Below, piece after piece: positions 47,865 through 56,606 of a DNA stretch of 64,000 nucleotides. Under the pieces are notes generated by a model. It saw nothing but the letters and a program-made list of their open reading frames with translations. It was not told the DNA's origin and searched no databases. Source of the stretch: an uncultured Eubacteriaceae bacterium (GTDB lineage Bacteria > Bacillota > Clostridia > Eubacteriales > UBA1433); NCBI GenBank assembly GCA_964581565.1, contig CAZOOZ010000001.1:131470-195469 (forward strand), given 5' to 3'. The translations under genes and the position numbers were made by a program. The number at the start of each line of letters is the position of its first letter. Positions within the stretch are counted from its first letter, which is position 1.

Positions 47865-49691
47865 TTATCTGTTTCTTTGTCTTAATTTTATTATTATAAT
47901 ACATGCTGCAAGAACTATAAATACCGCACCTATGATAATGACGGCAGTGAGCGGGAATGTCGAGAGACTGACGGGATCAAAGCTAAATTCCAGCTGCTCT
48001 CCGTCATCTGTTGTGCATTTCACTTTCAGCGTAATATCTTTATCGTCTTTATAGTCTTGATCTGATAGCTGTATTACTTGTTTATCGCCAATGATAAGGG
48101 AATCGAGTGTGGCGAGCAAGGCGCCGTTTCTCGCATCGATGATTTCTATATTATTTAAATTTGCATTTCCGTCATTAAGCAGTGTCACATCAAAGCTGAC
48201 ATGTTCTTTATCTTTAGAATTGATATTTTCAATTAAGAGCATTGTGCTCGGTTCGTTTTTACGCTCGACTTCAAAAATCTGTTTCGATAATATGAAAGAA
48301 TTTGCCGTATTTTTTCCGTCTTGCAAAGTCACGCTCACACTGGGAGCACTGACAAAATCGTTTGTGAATTTACCGGTTGCTGTAAAGCTGAATTCTTCAC
48401 CTACAGCTATGCTGTCCGCGGTATAAATTTCTCCCAGAACACCATCCGATATTACCAAATCCGTCAGTTCATAGTCACTGACGTTTTTGGCGGTGTAGGA
48501 AATGGTCGCGTCTGTATAAAAAGGCAACTTATCCGTATCTATACTTCTTTGTATATCCAAACTTGGCGGAACAGAAGAAATGGTGAGTTCGGCGGTTGCT
48601 TTAAAAGGCGTGCTGCTGTCGGCTACATAGGCGTAAATTGCAAACGAATATTGCTTATCGGGTTCAATGGTCATATTTTCCGTAGATGAATTTGAAGCGC
48701 CTGATGCAACTGCGCCTATATCAATGATAGGTTCACTCGATGCTTTGCCGCTGTCATCAAGCAGATAGATAAAAGCTGTAATGACTTCGTAATCCGTATT
48801 ATTTTGAAAATCAAACATAATATCCATTTTTTCTGCGGTTTCGATATAGGTCTTTGCAGGCGTGATATCTAAAGTCAGTTTGCTCTCAATCGGTGAATCT
48901 ATAACTTTGCCTGTTACCTTAACTGTGGGAAGCTCTGTTCGTACACTTTCGCCTGTCATGGCATCCGTATATTCTAAAATAATGTACGAGTTGACGGAGC
49001 CTGCCGGAACAGAGATGTCTTTTTGAAACCGCTTGCTCTGGCCTTCTTTGAGATCGCCGAGGCTGCCAAGCAATCCGTAAGTGGAATCATAGACTTTTAC
49101 ATCGTTTGCTTTCCCGCCCGATGATAAGGTTACTTTTCCGCCGAAAAAGACAGGAAAGTCGCTGATGCCAACCGGATCGGCATCTGTGGTATAAGTGACG
49201 GTAAACTGGGGGGAATAAAGCTTGATCGTGTTACTTGAAGAGGAGTATTCAATCCATTCATTATCCAGTTTATACATAAGTTTGTAAGCAATAGTTATGC
49301 TTTTTCCGTATGTAGATTTCATCGTAACAGAGGTGCCGGTCACTTTTGCTGTTGAGTTTTGGTTTACTGTGGCATACAAGGTTGTCCAGTCTGAGACAAC
49401 GCTGCCGGCCGTGGATGTTATTTTTTCATAAATTGCTATTTCTATAGAACCAGTATACGTGGAGGAGTTTTTAATGCTGTATGTTTGAGCAAATACGCTA
49501 TCCTCGCTTACGGTATAAGTGTCATCTATTGTTTTACCCTGGCCGCTGCTTACAATTTGCGATACGCTTAGGTTCAAATTTATGCTGTCTTGTGTGAGAA
49601 GTTCTTCCGCTGAGATAAATGTCATACTAAAAAGTAAAAAGGTAGTTATAAATAATAACGATATAATCGGTTTAATATTTCTTTTTATCAT
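47865..49691 (-). CDS. Large membrane-anchored surface protein, beta-rich repeat domains, unknown function (608 aa)
   Basis: N-terminal signal peptide (LFSMTFISAEE). The body is S/T/V/Y-rich and looks like several Ig-like modules. A C-terminal TM segment is followed by the basic tail KLRQRNR. Confidence 0.7.
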   Translation of the reverse strand: MIKRNIKPIISLLFITTFLLFSMTFISAEELLTQDSINLNLSVSQIVSSGQGKTIDDTYTVSEDSVFAQTYSIKNSSTYTGSIEIAIYEKITSTAGSVVSDWTTLYATVNQNSTAKVTGTSVTMKSTYGKSITIAYKLMYKLDNEWIEYSSSSNTIKLYSPQFTVTYTTDADPVGISDFPVFFGGKVTLSSGGKANDVKVYDSTYGLLGSLGDLKEGQSKRFQKDISVPAGSVNSYIILEYTDAMTGESVRTELPTVKVTGKVIDSPIESKLTLDITPAKTYIETAEKMDIMFDFQNNTDYEVITAFIYLLDDSGKASSEPIIDIGAVASGASNSSTENMTIEPDKQYSFAIYAYVADSSTPFKATAELTISSVPPSLDIQRSIDTDKLPFYTDATISYTAKNVSDYELTDLVISDGVLGEIYTADSIAVGEEFSFTATGKFTNDFVSAPSVSVTLQDGKNTANSFILSKQIFEVERKNEPSTMLLIENINSKDKEHVSFDVTLLNDGNANLNNIEIIDARNGALLATLDSLIIGDKQVIQLSDQDYKDDKDITLKVKCTTDDGEQLEFSFDPVSLSTFPLTAVIIIGAVFIVLAACIIIIKLRQRNR

Positions 49692-49762
49692 AGGATCCTC
49701 TCTATACTTTTATACTTAGTAATTACTTTAAAGTATATTATAATCAAATTACAAAAAAAAGA

Positions 49763-49795
49763 AAATAAAAAAGACAGCAAGCTGTCTTTTTTTGC
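49763..49795. terminator. Hairpin terminator downstream of the Cys-rich protein gene
   Basis: AAGACAGC-AA-GCTGTCTT flanked by A-runs and T-runs on both sides. Confidence 0.75.
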
Positions 49796-49804
49796 AAAAT
49801 GATA

Positions 49805-50479
49805 TTAACATCTTTGTTGAGGCGGGAAAAATTCCGGGAAGGGAGTAACATTTTCATCCATGAATGTATCGCAGAATTCGATATCGCTTGGCATTTCATC
49901 ACATTCAGGCGGAATATCACAAAATCCATAAGTAGGAATTTTAAGTTGCACTTCACTGACAACTTTTACAATCAAGAATACGCCTATGCTCAGTTGTATC
50001 GCTTCTCTGTTGTCTACGAGATTGCTATAGCCCACTTCTGCAAAGCTTTCAACATAAGGCTCAAAACGGCCTTGTCTTAAATATTCAGCCGGCGCATAGA
50101 CAACAACTTCTATCGGGAAACGTATTTTATTATCGCATTGCATCGTTCCGTTTACAAGTAGTTTGGCGGGAAGTCTGAATATTTCTCCGTCACATTTTCT
50201 TTTTACGACTACGTAGACAGGTATTGCAGCGACAAATCTCATCAATGCATAATTTTCATTGATTTCTTGGAAAAACGGATAATCTCCCCAAGGTTCTACA
50301 TGTGCTTTGCCGAAGTCGGCATGTAAAAATTTATAATCATCGGCTGTACCCGTTGGAAAGTTTACGCAGAATAATGCTCGCTCCAAACAATCGCGCTTTG
50401 AACATGCGTCGTAAACTTTATTTACAATTAAACAATCAACTTCCATACAGCAATTGTTTACTTCAATTCTTTCATCCAA
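49805..50479 (-). CDS. Cysteine-rich hypothetical protein (224 aa, 12 Cys)
   Basis: Uninterrupted ORF with an N-terminal CC-x4-C-x9-C-x4-C-x6-C cluster and a C-terminal FCD..ECD..FCD...C cluster. It has no signal peptide and has its own terminator. Confidence 0.6.
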   Translation of the reverse strand: MDERIEVNNCCMEVDCLIVNKVYDACSKRDCLERALFCVNFPTGTADDYKFLHADFGKAHVEPWGDYPFFQEINENYALMRFVAAIPVYVVVKRKCDGEIFRLPAKLLVNGTMQCDNKIRFPIEVVVYAPAEYLRQGRFEPYVESFAEVGYSNLVDNREAIQLSIGVFLIVKVVSEVQLKIPTYGFCDIPPECDEMPSDIEFCDTFMDENVTPFPEFFPPQQRC

Positions 50480-50619
50480 ATGCTTAATCCTCCTTTATTT
50501 ATTTCTATGGTCATTATATGAGGCGGCAAATGAAGTGTGCGGGATATTTCTTTTGTTTGATAATTATTCAAATAATATAAAAAAATTCAGCATTTGCTGA
50601 ATTTCATATCTCTGTAAAT

Positions 50620-51171
50620 TTATTCTTGAATAAGCCTTTTTCTTAGTTTTACGAGTTCGATTTGATTTTCCAAAAGCCGCTCTTCCATCGATTCATATTC
50701 ATGTTTCATTTTTTCGTTTTCGGTACGTATTTCGGTAAGGCGTGTTTTATAGCCTGCTATGATTGCGTTAGAGCGATTTAATTCTTCGCTCACACGCTTG
50801 ATCTCTTCCTGATATTGTTCGATTTTTTTAAGCTCGTTCTGATTTTTTGTCAGATTCATATTTTCTATATCGATAACTCTTTCTTCTTTTTTTGTCTGAT
50901 AAGAGGAAGGAGCTGCGGCAGGTGTGCTCGCAAGTTTTTTCTGAAGATTTAGAAACGCTTTTTGTGTATCCAGAATTTCTTCACTTAAGTTCATGCATGT
51001 CAGGATAAGTGCCACATAGTTGCTTATGTAAGGATTTTTCTTTTTGGTATCATTTAAAATATATTCAAGATAGTTTACGGTATCTTCAATTTTTACGGTA
51101 TCATTTGTACTTGTCAGAAATGAATATTCTGAACCCAATATCTTCACGCTTACTTTGTTTTTCTTATCCAT
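50620..51171 (-). CDS. zapA: ZapA-like cell-division protein with extended C-terminal coiled coil
   Basis: The N-terminus VSVKILGSEYSFLTSTNDTVKIEDTVNYLE resembles the ZapA fold signature. The C-terminal ~90 aa are heptad-rich. Confidence 0.55.
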   Translation of the reverse strand: MDKKNKVSVKILGSEYSFLTSTNDTVKIEDTVNYLEYILNDTKKKNPYISNYVALILTCMNLSEEILDTQKAFLNLQKKLASTPAAAPSSYQTKKEERVIDIENMNLTKNQNELKKIEQYQEEIKRVSEELNRSNAIIAGYKTRLTEIRTENEKMKHEYESMEERLLENQIELVKLRKRLIQE

Positions 51172-51430
51172 ATACTAAAAATGATCCTTTCCTGCAAATT
51201 ATTACAAGATTACACGTATTCAAAATATATTATATATGAACAGCATTAAAATTACAAATAATTATTTTATGTTCAAAAGAAAATAAAGTAAAAATTTTAA
51301 GCTGCCAATCAGGATAAAAATATTAAATTTATTAAAGAATAGCAAGAGAACTATTGTTTTTATTTTGAAGAGCTTGTATTATTATACTACTGATAAAATT
51401 GAAGCATAAACGATATGTTTGAGGTGTAGA

Positions 51431-51787
51431 ATGGATTATATCAAAAAGGCTGAGTTAATAGCAAAATGGGCGGAAGAAAAAAATGCAGAAGATATTCATA
51501 TTATCGATGTTACGGCGTTGACGTCGATTACGGATGCGTTTGTGTTTTTAAGTGCTTCAAACGAACGCCAGTTGGATGCTATCACAGAGCATATTTACTT
51601 ACAGTCAAAAGAAAACGGAATGGATATACCCATCATTGAAGGCAAAAAAGAAAGCCGATGGATACTGCTTGATTTCGGCGATGTGGTCGTGCATGTTTTT
51701 CATAAAGAAGAGAGAAGTTATTACGATATTGAAAAGCTATGGGCTGACGGTAAATTTATACTTTTGCCCAGCAGAGATGAACACTAA
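51431..51787 (+). CDS. rsfS: Ribosome silencing factor RsfS (iojap-like)
   Basis: AEDIHIIDV ... TDAFVFLSASNERQLDAI ... WILLDFGDVVVHVF ... REYYDIEKLW-like motifs. I placed the start at the ATG at 51431, after GAGGTG. Confidence 0.88.
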   Translation: MDYIKKAELIAKWAEEKNAEDIHIIDVTALTSITDAFVFLSASNERQLDAITEHIYLQSKENGMDIPIIEGKKESRWILLDFGDVVVHVFHKEERSYYDIEKLWADGKFILLPSRDEH

Positions 51788-51920
51788 ATTAAAAATAAAA
51801 AGCCATAGTTAGTTAAGAGCGTTACCATGAGAAAACATGAAGAAACCTAGTAAAATCAATGTTTTTGGGCAGCGGATAACGGGGGCAGGAAACTAAAACT
51901 GAATATGTAAATGCCAAAAA

Positions 51921-51951
51921 GGGTGCTATCTATGAAGATAACGCCCTTTTT
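51921..51951 (+). terminator. Rho-independent terminator ~130 nt downstream of rsfS
   Basis: Stem GGGTGCTATCT / AGATAACGCCC (one mismatch, one G-U pair) followed by TTTTTG. Confidence 0.6.
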
Positions 51952-52106
51952 GTGTGTTTTCATATCAGCAATTTTTTTTGTGAAAGCTTAACTCTTCACG
52001 TAACAATCTTAAATGCTGACCAATTATCTTTAAGCAACCGCTTTCTTTTTGTTAATTACATTTTATTCGATAAAAGAATTATTAATTGTTGATATGATCC
52101 CTCTTC

Positions 52107-52135
52107 TTGACTAAATACATATACGGTGTTAAAAT
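52107..52135 (+). promoter_or_regulatory. Candidate promoter of the AraC-family gene
   Basis: TTGACT (52107-52112), a 17-nt spacer, then an extended -10 TGtTAAAAT (52127-52135). Confidence 0.5.
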
Positions 52136-52137
52136 TA

Positions 52138-52155
52138 AGTTAGCAAAGGCTAACT
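52138..52155 (+). promoter_or_regulatory. Palindromic box AGTTAGC-AAAG-GCTAACT (copy A)
   Basis: Perfect 7-bp arms located just downstream of the candidate -10 and 20 nt upstream of the AraC ATG. Copy B is at 53246. Confidence 0.55.
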
Positions 52156-52174
52156 GTAAAGCGGGGCTACTATT

Positions 52175-53161
52175 ATGGAGCAAGAGATTTCTATAAACTC
52201 AAAGGATGAATATTTCAGTGATCTCGTAAATCGCTATGGCTTCTCTTATGCGCAGGGTGAAAATACGGCAACCCTGATACCTCCAAAAGAGCTTGGTAGC
52301 GGATATATCAAAGCGGTTCAAGCAAGCGGCGATATTGACATCGGGATCATAGATCTTTTTCTGGCGCGGCCGATTATTTCATATTATGATAATTATTCAA
52401 ATACCTGTGAGGTGACATATTGTTTCAGCGGACATATTTTCTACTCGGAAACTGGTATCACAAAGGCAAATTTAAATAAAAATGAAATGGGAATATATGC
52501 ACTTCCATACAGTCGGGGAATGACCATGATTCCTTCGGGTAAGCGGGTATGTGTTGTGTCGGTGGAATCAAAGAAGCCCTTTCACGATCGACTGCCGTAT
52601 ACCGAGAAGTGCACACAATATGACGATACGTCAGTGAAGAAATTATTACACCAGTTGGTACAGCCGAAAAAGGCAAATGCAAAAATCCACAACTATTTCA
52701 GTCAAATTATAGAAAATAATATCGGTCGGGAATTAAAGAATACATACCTTGATTCGTTAGGCAAAGTCTTATTATCTGATCTGTGGCAGGAAAATATCAT
52801 ACTTCCTCTCACCGGAGGGAAACGCACGGTTTATTCCGGTTTTGAAAGAAACGCACTACTGGAAGCCAAAGAAATTTTATGTGACCATTATTCTTCTCCG
52901 CCAACTATTCCTGAGTTGGCCAAGATGGTTGCGCTCAACGAGCATAAGCTAAAATCTGGTTTCCGTGATATGTATGGCAAGAGCATATATGAATACGTCC
53001 GCAGTTTAAGGATGAAAAACGCAAGCCACCTGCTTGAGAATGTTGATTTAAGCATCAGCGAGATTGCGGGGATGGTGGGGTACGTGAACACCAGCCATTT
53101 TGCCCGCGCCTTCCGAAATGAATATGGCTTAAACCCCAGCGATTTTCGTCTTGGAGTGTAA
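52175..53161 (+). CDS. AraC-family transcriptional regulator (328 aa)
   Basis: C-terminal double HTH (TIPELAKMVALNEHKLKSGFRDMYG ... ISEIAGMVGYVNTSHFARAFRNEYGLNPSDFR) and a ~220-aa N-terminal putative ligand domain. Confidence 0.9.
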   Translation: MEQEISINSKDEYFSDLVNRYGFSYAQGENTATLIPPKELGSGYIKAVQASGDIDIGIIDLFLARPIISYYDNYSNTCEVTYCFSGHIFYSETGITKANLNKNEMGIYALPYSRGMTMIPSGKRVCVVSVESKKPFHDRLPYTEKCTQYDDTSVKKLLHQLVQPKKANAKIHNYFSQIIENNIGRELKNTYLDSLGKVLLSDLWQENIILPLTGGKRTVYSGFERNALLEAKEILCDHYSSPPTIPELAKMVALNEHKLKSGFRDMYGKSIYEYVRSLRMKNASHLLENVDLSISEIAGMVGYVNTSHFARAFRNEYGLNPSDFRLGV

Positions 53162-53204
53162 AAAATCCCGGTTGGAGCGGCGGGAACAACATCATAACTG
53201 GTAA

Positions 53205-53238
53205 AATAAGTGTTGATTTGTAGGCGCTTATTTTTTTT
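53205..53238 (+). terminator. Rho-independent terminator after the AraC gene
   Basis: Stem AATAAGTG / CGCTTATT followed by a T-run. Confidence 0.6.
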
Positions 53239-53245
53239 GAATTGA

Positions 53246-53263
53246 AGTTAGCAAAGACTAACT
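53246..53263 (+). promoter_or_regulatory. Palindromic box AGTTAG-CAAAGA-CTAACT (copy B)
   Basis: 6-bp arms, 21 nt upstream of the permease TTG start. It is embedded in a 34-nt stretch that is 29/34 identical to copy A by manual alignment. Confidence 0.55.
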
Positions 53264-53283
53264 ATATAGTGGGGGTACATATA

Positions 53284-54222
53284 TTGTGGAAATTCTTGTG
53301 TAGACGGGTAATTCATCTGATAACAGTCTTGATTGGTATATCGTTGTTATCTTTTGTCCTCGCCAATATATCGGCCGTTGATCCGGCAGAAGCTTATGCA
53401 AGGCGCGTTTCAAAAACAGCCAGTGAAGAAATGGTCGAGCAATACCGCGAAGAATTGGGATTTAATCAGTCGATACCAGAGCAGTATTGGAATTGGCTGA
53501 AGAATGTTGTACGCCTGGATTTTGGCAACTCTTATATCACCGGCCGGCCGGCCATGCAGGATTTGTTGAGCGTTATGCCTATGACACTTATCTTATCCGG
53601 CTTATCGTGTATCCTGATCATCGCCGGCGCTGTTCCGCTGGGGATACTGGCGGCGTTCAAAGAAGGAAAATGGGTTGATAAACTGGTTATGGGGTTGTCT
53701 TTTGTCTCAATCTCTGTGCCGGGATATTTTCTTGGTTTGCTGTGCCTGCTGGTTTTTGGCATATATTTAAGGCTGATGCCGATCGTGGGCCATAACCACC
53801 CGATAACATTATTATTTGCTTCGCTGGTTTTATCTTTTCCGATGGTCGGTGCACTTGCACGGATACTGCGTTCACTTTTACTGGAAAATCAAAGAAGTGA
53901 ATATGTTGTATATGCGAAGGCCAGAGGTATCGGCAGGCGTAGGGTGATGACCAACCATCTGCTGCGAAATGCTGCCCCTTCCTGTATTGTGATGTATGGC
54001 CAAAACATCGGGTATCTGCTTGCGGGCACAGCGATTGTCGAAACGATTTTTTCAATATCGGGGTTGGGACAGTATGCGTTGAACGCCGCAGTCAACCGGG
54101 ATTTTCCGGTCATCAACGCCTATATTGTCCTGATGGCGCTTTGTTTTGTGGTATGCAACGTTACGGCCGAAGTCTGCGGCCGGCTGCTCAATCCCAGCCT
54201 GAACCGGGAGGACCGTGCATGA
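53284..54222 (+). CDS. Peptide/nickel-family ABC importer permease (DppB/NikB-like)
   Basis: (M)WKFLCRRVIHLITVLIGISLLSFVL N-terminus typical of the family. TTG start 8 nt after GTGGGGG. 6 TM segments. Confidence 0.85.
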   Translation: MWKFLCRRVIHLITVLIGISLLSFVLANISAVDPAEAYARRVSKTASEEMVEQYREELGFNQSIPEQYWNWLKNVVRLDFGNSYITGRPAMQDLLSVMPMTLILSGLSCILIIAGAVPLGILAAFKEGKWVDKLVMGLSFVSISVPGYFLGLLCLLVFGIYLRLMPIVGHNHPITLLFASLVLSFPMVGALARILRSLLLENQRSEYVVYAKARGIGRRRVMTNHLLRNAAPSCIVMYGQNIGYLLAGTAIVETIFSISGLGQYALNAAVNRDFPVINAYIVLMALCFVVCNVTAEVCGRLLNPSLNREDRA

Positions 54223-55049
54223 GACGGCTAAAACATAATAAAAGTGTGATGGTGGGTCTTGGATTCATTACGATCATTGTATTGTGCGCTGTGTTTGCGG
54301 GTGAACTGTCCCCCAATGACCCTATGAAAATCAATATGAGCCTGCGTTTTACGGAACCCTCGCAGAGCTTTCCGTTGGGAGCCGACGCATACGGCAGATG
54401 CGTTTTTTCCCGTCTACTGTATGGGGCAAGGTATTCATTGGGGCTTGCTTTTTTGGTCATGATCGGGATCGTTATTACGACAATACCGTCTGGAATGGCC
54501 GCGGTGTATAAAGGTGGTTTTTTTGAGCGCATATTCCTGTGGCTGTGCGATATCAGCATGGCCCTTCCCCCCACCGTGTTGGTGCTTGCCATCATGGGCG
54601 TGATAGGAAACGGAATTGCCAATCTGGTGTTTAGTACGCTATTTTCCTATTGGGGTTGGTATGGGCGGATGGTACGCAGCTATACGCAGACTGAGCTGGC
54701 CAAAGGGTATGTCACATACGCCGTAACAGGTGGGGCTTCAGGCGTTTCCGTGTTGGTAAGGCAGGTACTTCCCAATATATTCCCCGGCCTGATTATACTA
54801 TTCGCGCTGGGAATCGGAGATACCATACTGATGATTTCAGGGTATTCCTTTTTGGGCATTGGCCTTCCGTCCGGCCTGCCGGAATGGGGCGCCATGCTAA
54901 ACGACGCCAAAAGCATGCTGTTGCAGGCACCGCAGTATGCCATTTATCCGGGTGTCTGTGTTTTTATCACCGTATGTGCTTTTAATTTGTTTGGAGAAGG
55001 AATGAGAAAGGCGCTCGCCGTAGGCGGCATGGGAGTAAATTATGAATAA
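54219..55049 (+). CDS. Peptide/nickel-family ABC importer permease (DppC/NikC-like)
   Basis: The ATGA overlap with the upstream stop gives the start MRRLKHNKSVMVGLGF. It contains the binding-protein-dependent transport signature region. Confidence 0.85.
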   Translation: MRRLKHNKSVMVGLGFITIIVLCAVFAGELSPNDPMKINMSLRFTEPSQSFPLGADAYGRCVFSRLLYGARYSLGLAFLVMIGIVITTIPSGMAAVYKGGFFERIFLWLCDISMALPPTVLVLAIMGVIGNGIANLVFSTLFSYWGWYGRMVRSYTQTELAKGYVTYAVTGGASGVSVLVRQVLPNIFPGLIILFALGIGDTILMISGYSFLGIGLPSGLPEWGAMLNDAKSMLLQAPQYAIYPGVCVFITVCAFNLFGEGMRKALAVGGMGVNYE

Positions 55050-55854
55050 AGACACTATTTTGGCTGTACGGGATTTATCCGTTCGTTATCTCAGTACCGG
55101 CGTCAATATCGAGAAAATGACTTTTGAGATCGGGCGTGGAAAGGTTTTGGGTTTGGTGGGGGAAAGCGGCAGCGGGAAAAGCACCGTATGCAACGCCATT
55201 CTCGGCCTGCTGGATTCCGCCGCAGTCCAGATATCCGGCAGTGTTCGACTGCAGGACAAAGAGATTTTACCGCTGTTTTGGGACGAACGCGAGAAGATTA
55301 ACGGCAAGGAGATCGGTGTCATTCTACAAAATTCCATGGCTGCCTTCAACCCCTGCATGCGAATACGGACCCATTTCATTGAAACGCTGTATACGCACTT
55401 GCTTTGCAGTAAACGTGATGCGACACTGTATGGGATCGAACTGTTGCGTAAGGTCGGTCTGCCCGATGGACAGAGAGTTATGCGCAGTTATCCGTATCAA
55501 TTGAGCGGTGGCATGCTCCAACGCGTGATGATTGCAATTGCAATATCACTGAATCCGGTGCTGATTATCGCGGACGAGCCGACGACGGCGCTTGATACCG
55601 GCAATCAGGCCATCATCTTGGAACTTCTTTCTTTCATAATGAAGGAATATAAGCCGGCCATGCTTTTGGTCTCCCATGATATGGATACTGTTACGGCTTT
55701 GGCGGACGATATTGCCGTGATGAAAGACGGCCGCGTTTTGGAACAGGGTACCAAAACAAAAATACTGCATGATCCGCAGGTTGGCTACACGAAGGAATTG
55801 CTGGCCTCGGCAGGTTTAATGGAGGAGACGGATTGCTTGAGATCAGGAATGTAA
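55042..55854 (+). CDS. ABC importer ATP-binding protein (DppD/NikD-like)
   Basis: Walker A GESGSGKST, signature LSGGMLQRVMIA, Walker B IIADEPTTALD. Confidence 0.88.
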   Translation: MNKDTILAVRDLSVRYLSTGVNIEKMTFEIGRGKVLGLVGESGSGKSTVCNAILGLLDSAAVQISGSVRLQDKEILPLFWDEREKINGKEIGVILQNSMAAFNPCMRIRTHFIETLYTHLLCSKRDATLYGIELLRKVGLPDGQRVMRSYPYQLSGGMLQRVMIAIAISLNPVLIIADEPTTALDTGNQAIILELLSFIMKEYKPAMLLVSHDMDTVTALADDIAVMKDGRVLEQGTKTKILHDPQVGYTKELLASAGLMEETDCLRSGM

Positions 55855-56606
55855 GAAAGAAATATGGCCATCAGGTTGCATTGGATGATGTATCGTTATC
55901 CATTGCACCCGGCGAAAGCGTATCCTTGATCGGGGAGAGCGGTAGCGGAAAAAGCACGCTTTCAAGGCTTATTCTCGCCCTTGAAAAGCCGTCGGGTGGC
56001 GTCATACTTTGGAACGGCAGAAACGTATCCGAGTTGCGTGGCAAAAAGTTGTACCGGGACATTCAGCCGGTCTTTCAGGACAACACGGGCTGTTTCAATC
56101 CCCGGCGCAGAGTAATGGACAGCCTTGACGAGCCGATGAGAAACTTACTTGGGATACCTGCAGCCGAGCGGGAAAAAAGAATTTGCAGCTTGCTTGAACG
56201 GGTTGGTCTCCCGGTGGATATTGCAAACCGCTATCCGCACGAGCTGTCCGGTGGGCAGCGCAGGCGCGTTTGCATCGCAAGAGCCATCTCCATCCATCCC
56301 GAGCTGGTAATTCTTGATGAAGCGGTTACCGGCCTGGACGCTACGGTCATGATGAAAATACTGGCCCTGCTGAAAGCGTTGCAGCGGGAGACCGGATGCG
56401 CTTATCTGTTTATCACCCACGATTTGCGCGCCGCCCTGTATATATCTGAAAAAATCGCGGTGATGAAAGACGGCCGCATCGTGGAAACCGCCGAGCATGT
56501 CTCTTCATTGTCTGCGTTTAAACATCCTTTTTCCAAACAGCTTATAGGAAACAGGAAATATATATTACTAAATCAGGAGGATTATAATGAAATACTACAT
56601 GAGTAA
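55833..56606 (+). CDS. ABC importer ATP-binding protein (DppF/NikE-like)
   Basis: TTG start 5 nt after GGAGGAG. Walker A GESGSGKST, signature LSGGQRRRVCIARA, Walker B VILDEAVTGLD. Confidence 0.88.
   Translation: MLEIRNVRKKYGHQVALDDVSLSIAPGESVSLIGESGSGKSTLSRLILALEKPSGGVILWNGRNVSELRGKKLYRDIQPVFQDNTGCFNPRRRVMDSLDEPMRNLLGIPAAEREKRICSLLERVGLPVDIANRYPHELSGGQRRRVCIARAISIHPELVILDEAVTGLDATVMMKILALLKALQRETGCAYLFITHDLRAALYISEKIAVMKDGRIVETAEHVSSLSAFKHPFSKQLIGNRKYILLNQEDYNEILHE

Noticed and set aside
51975-52000. Inverted repeat TGTGAA-N10-TTCAC upstream of the AraC gene, considered as a Rex or CRP/FNR site
   Set aside because: The spacing between half-sites does not fit either the Rex (TTGTGAA-N4-TTCACAA) or the CRP/FNR (TGTGA-N6-TCACA) geometry, and the arms are imperfect.
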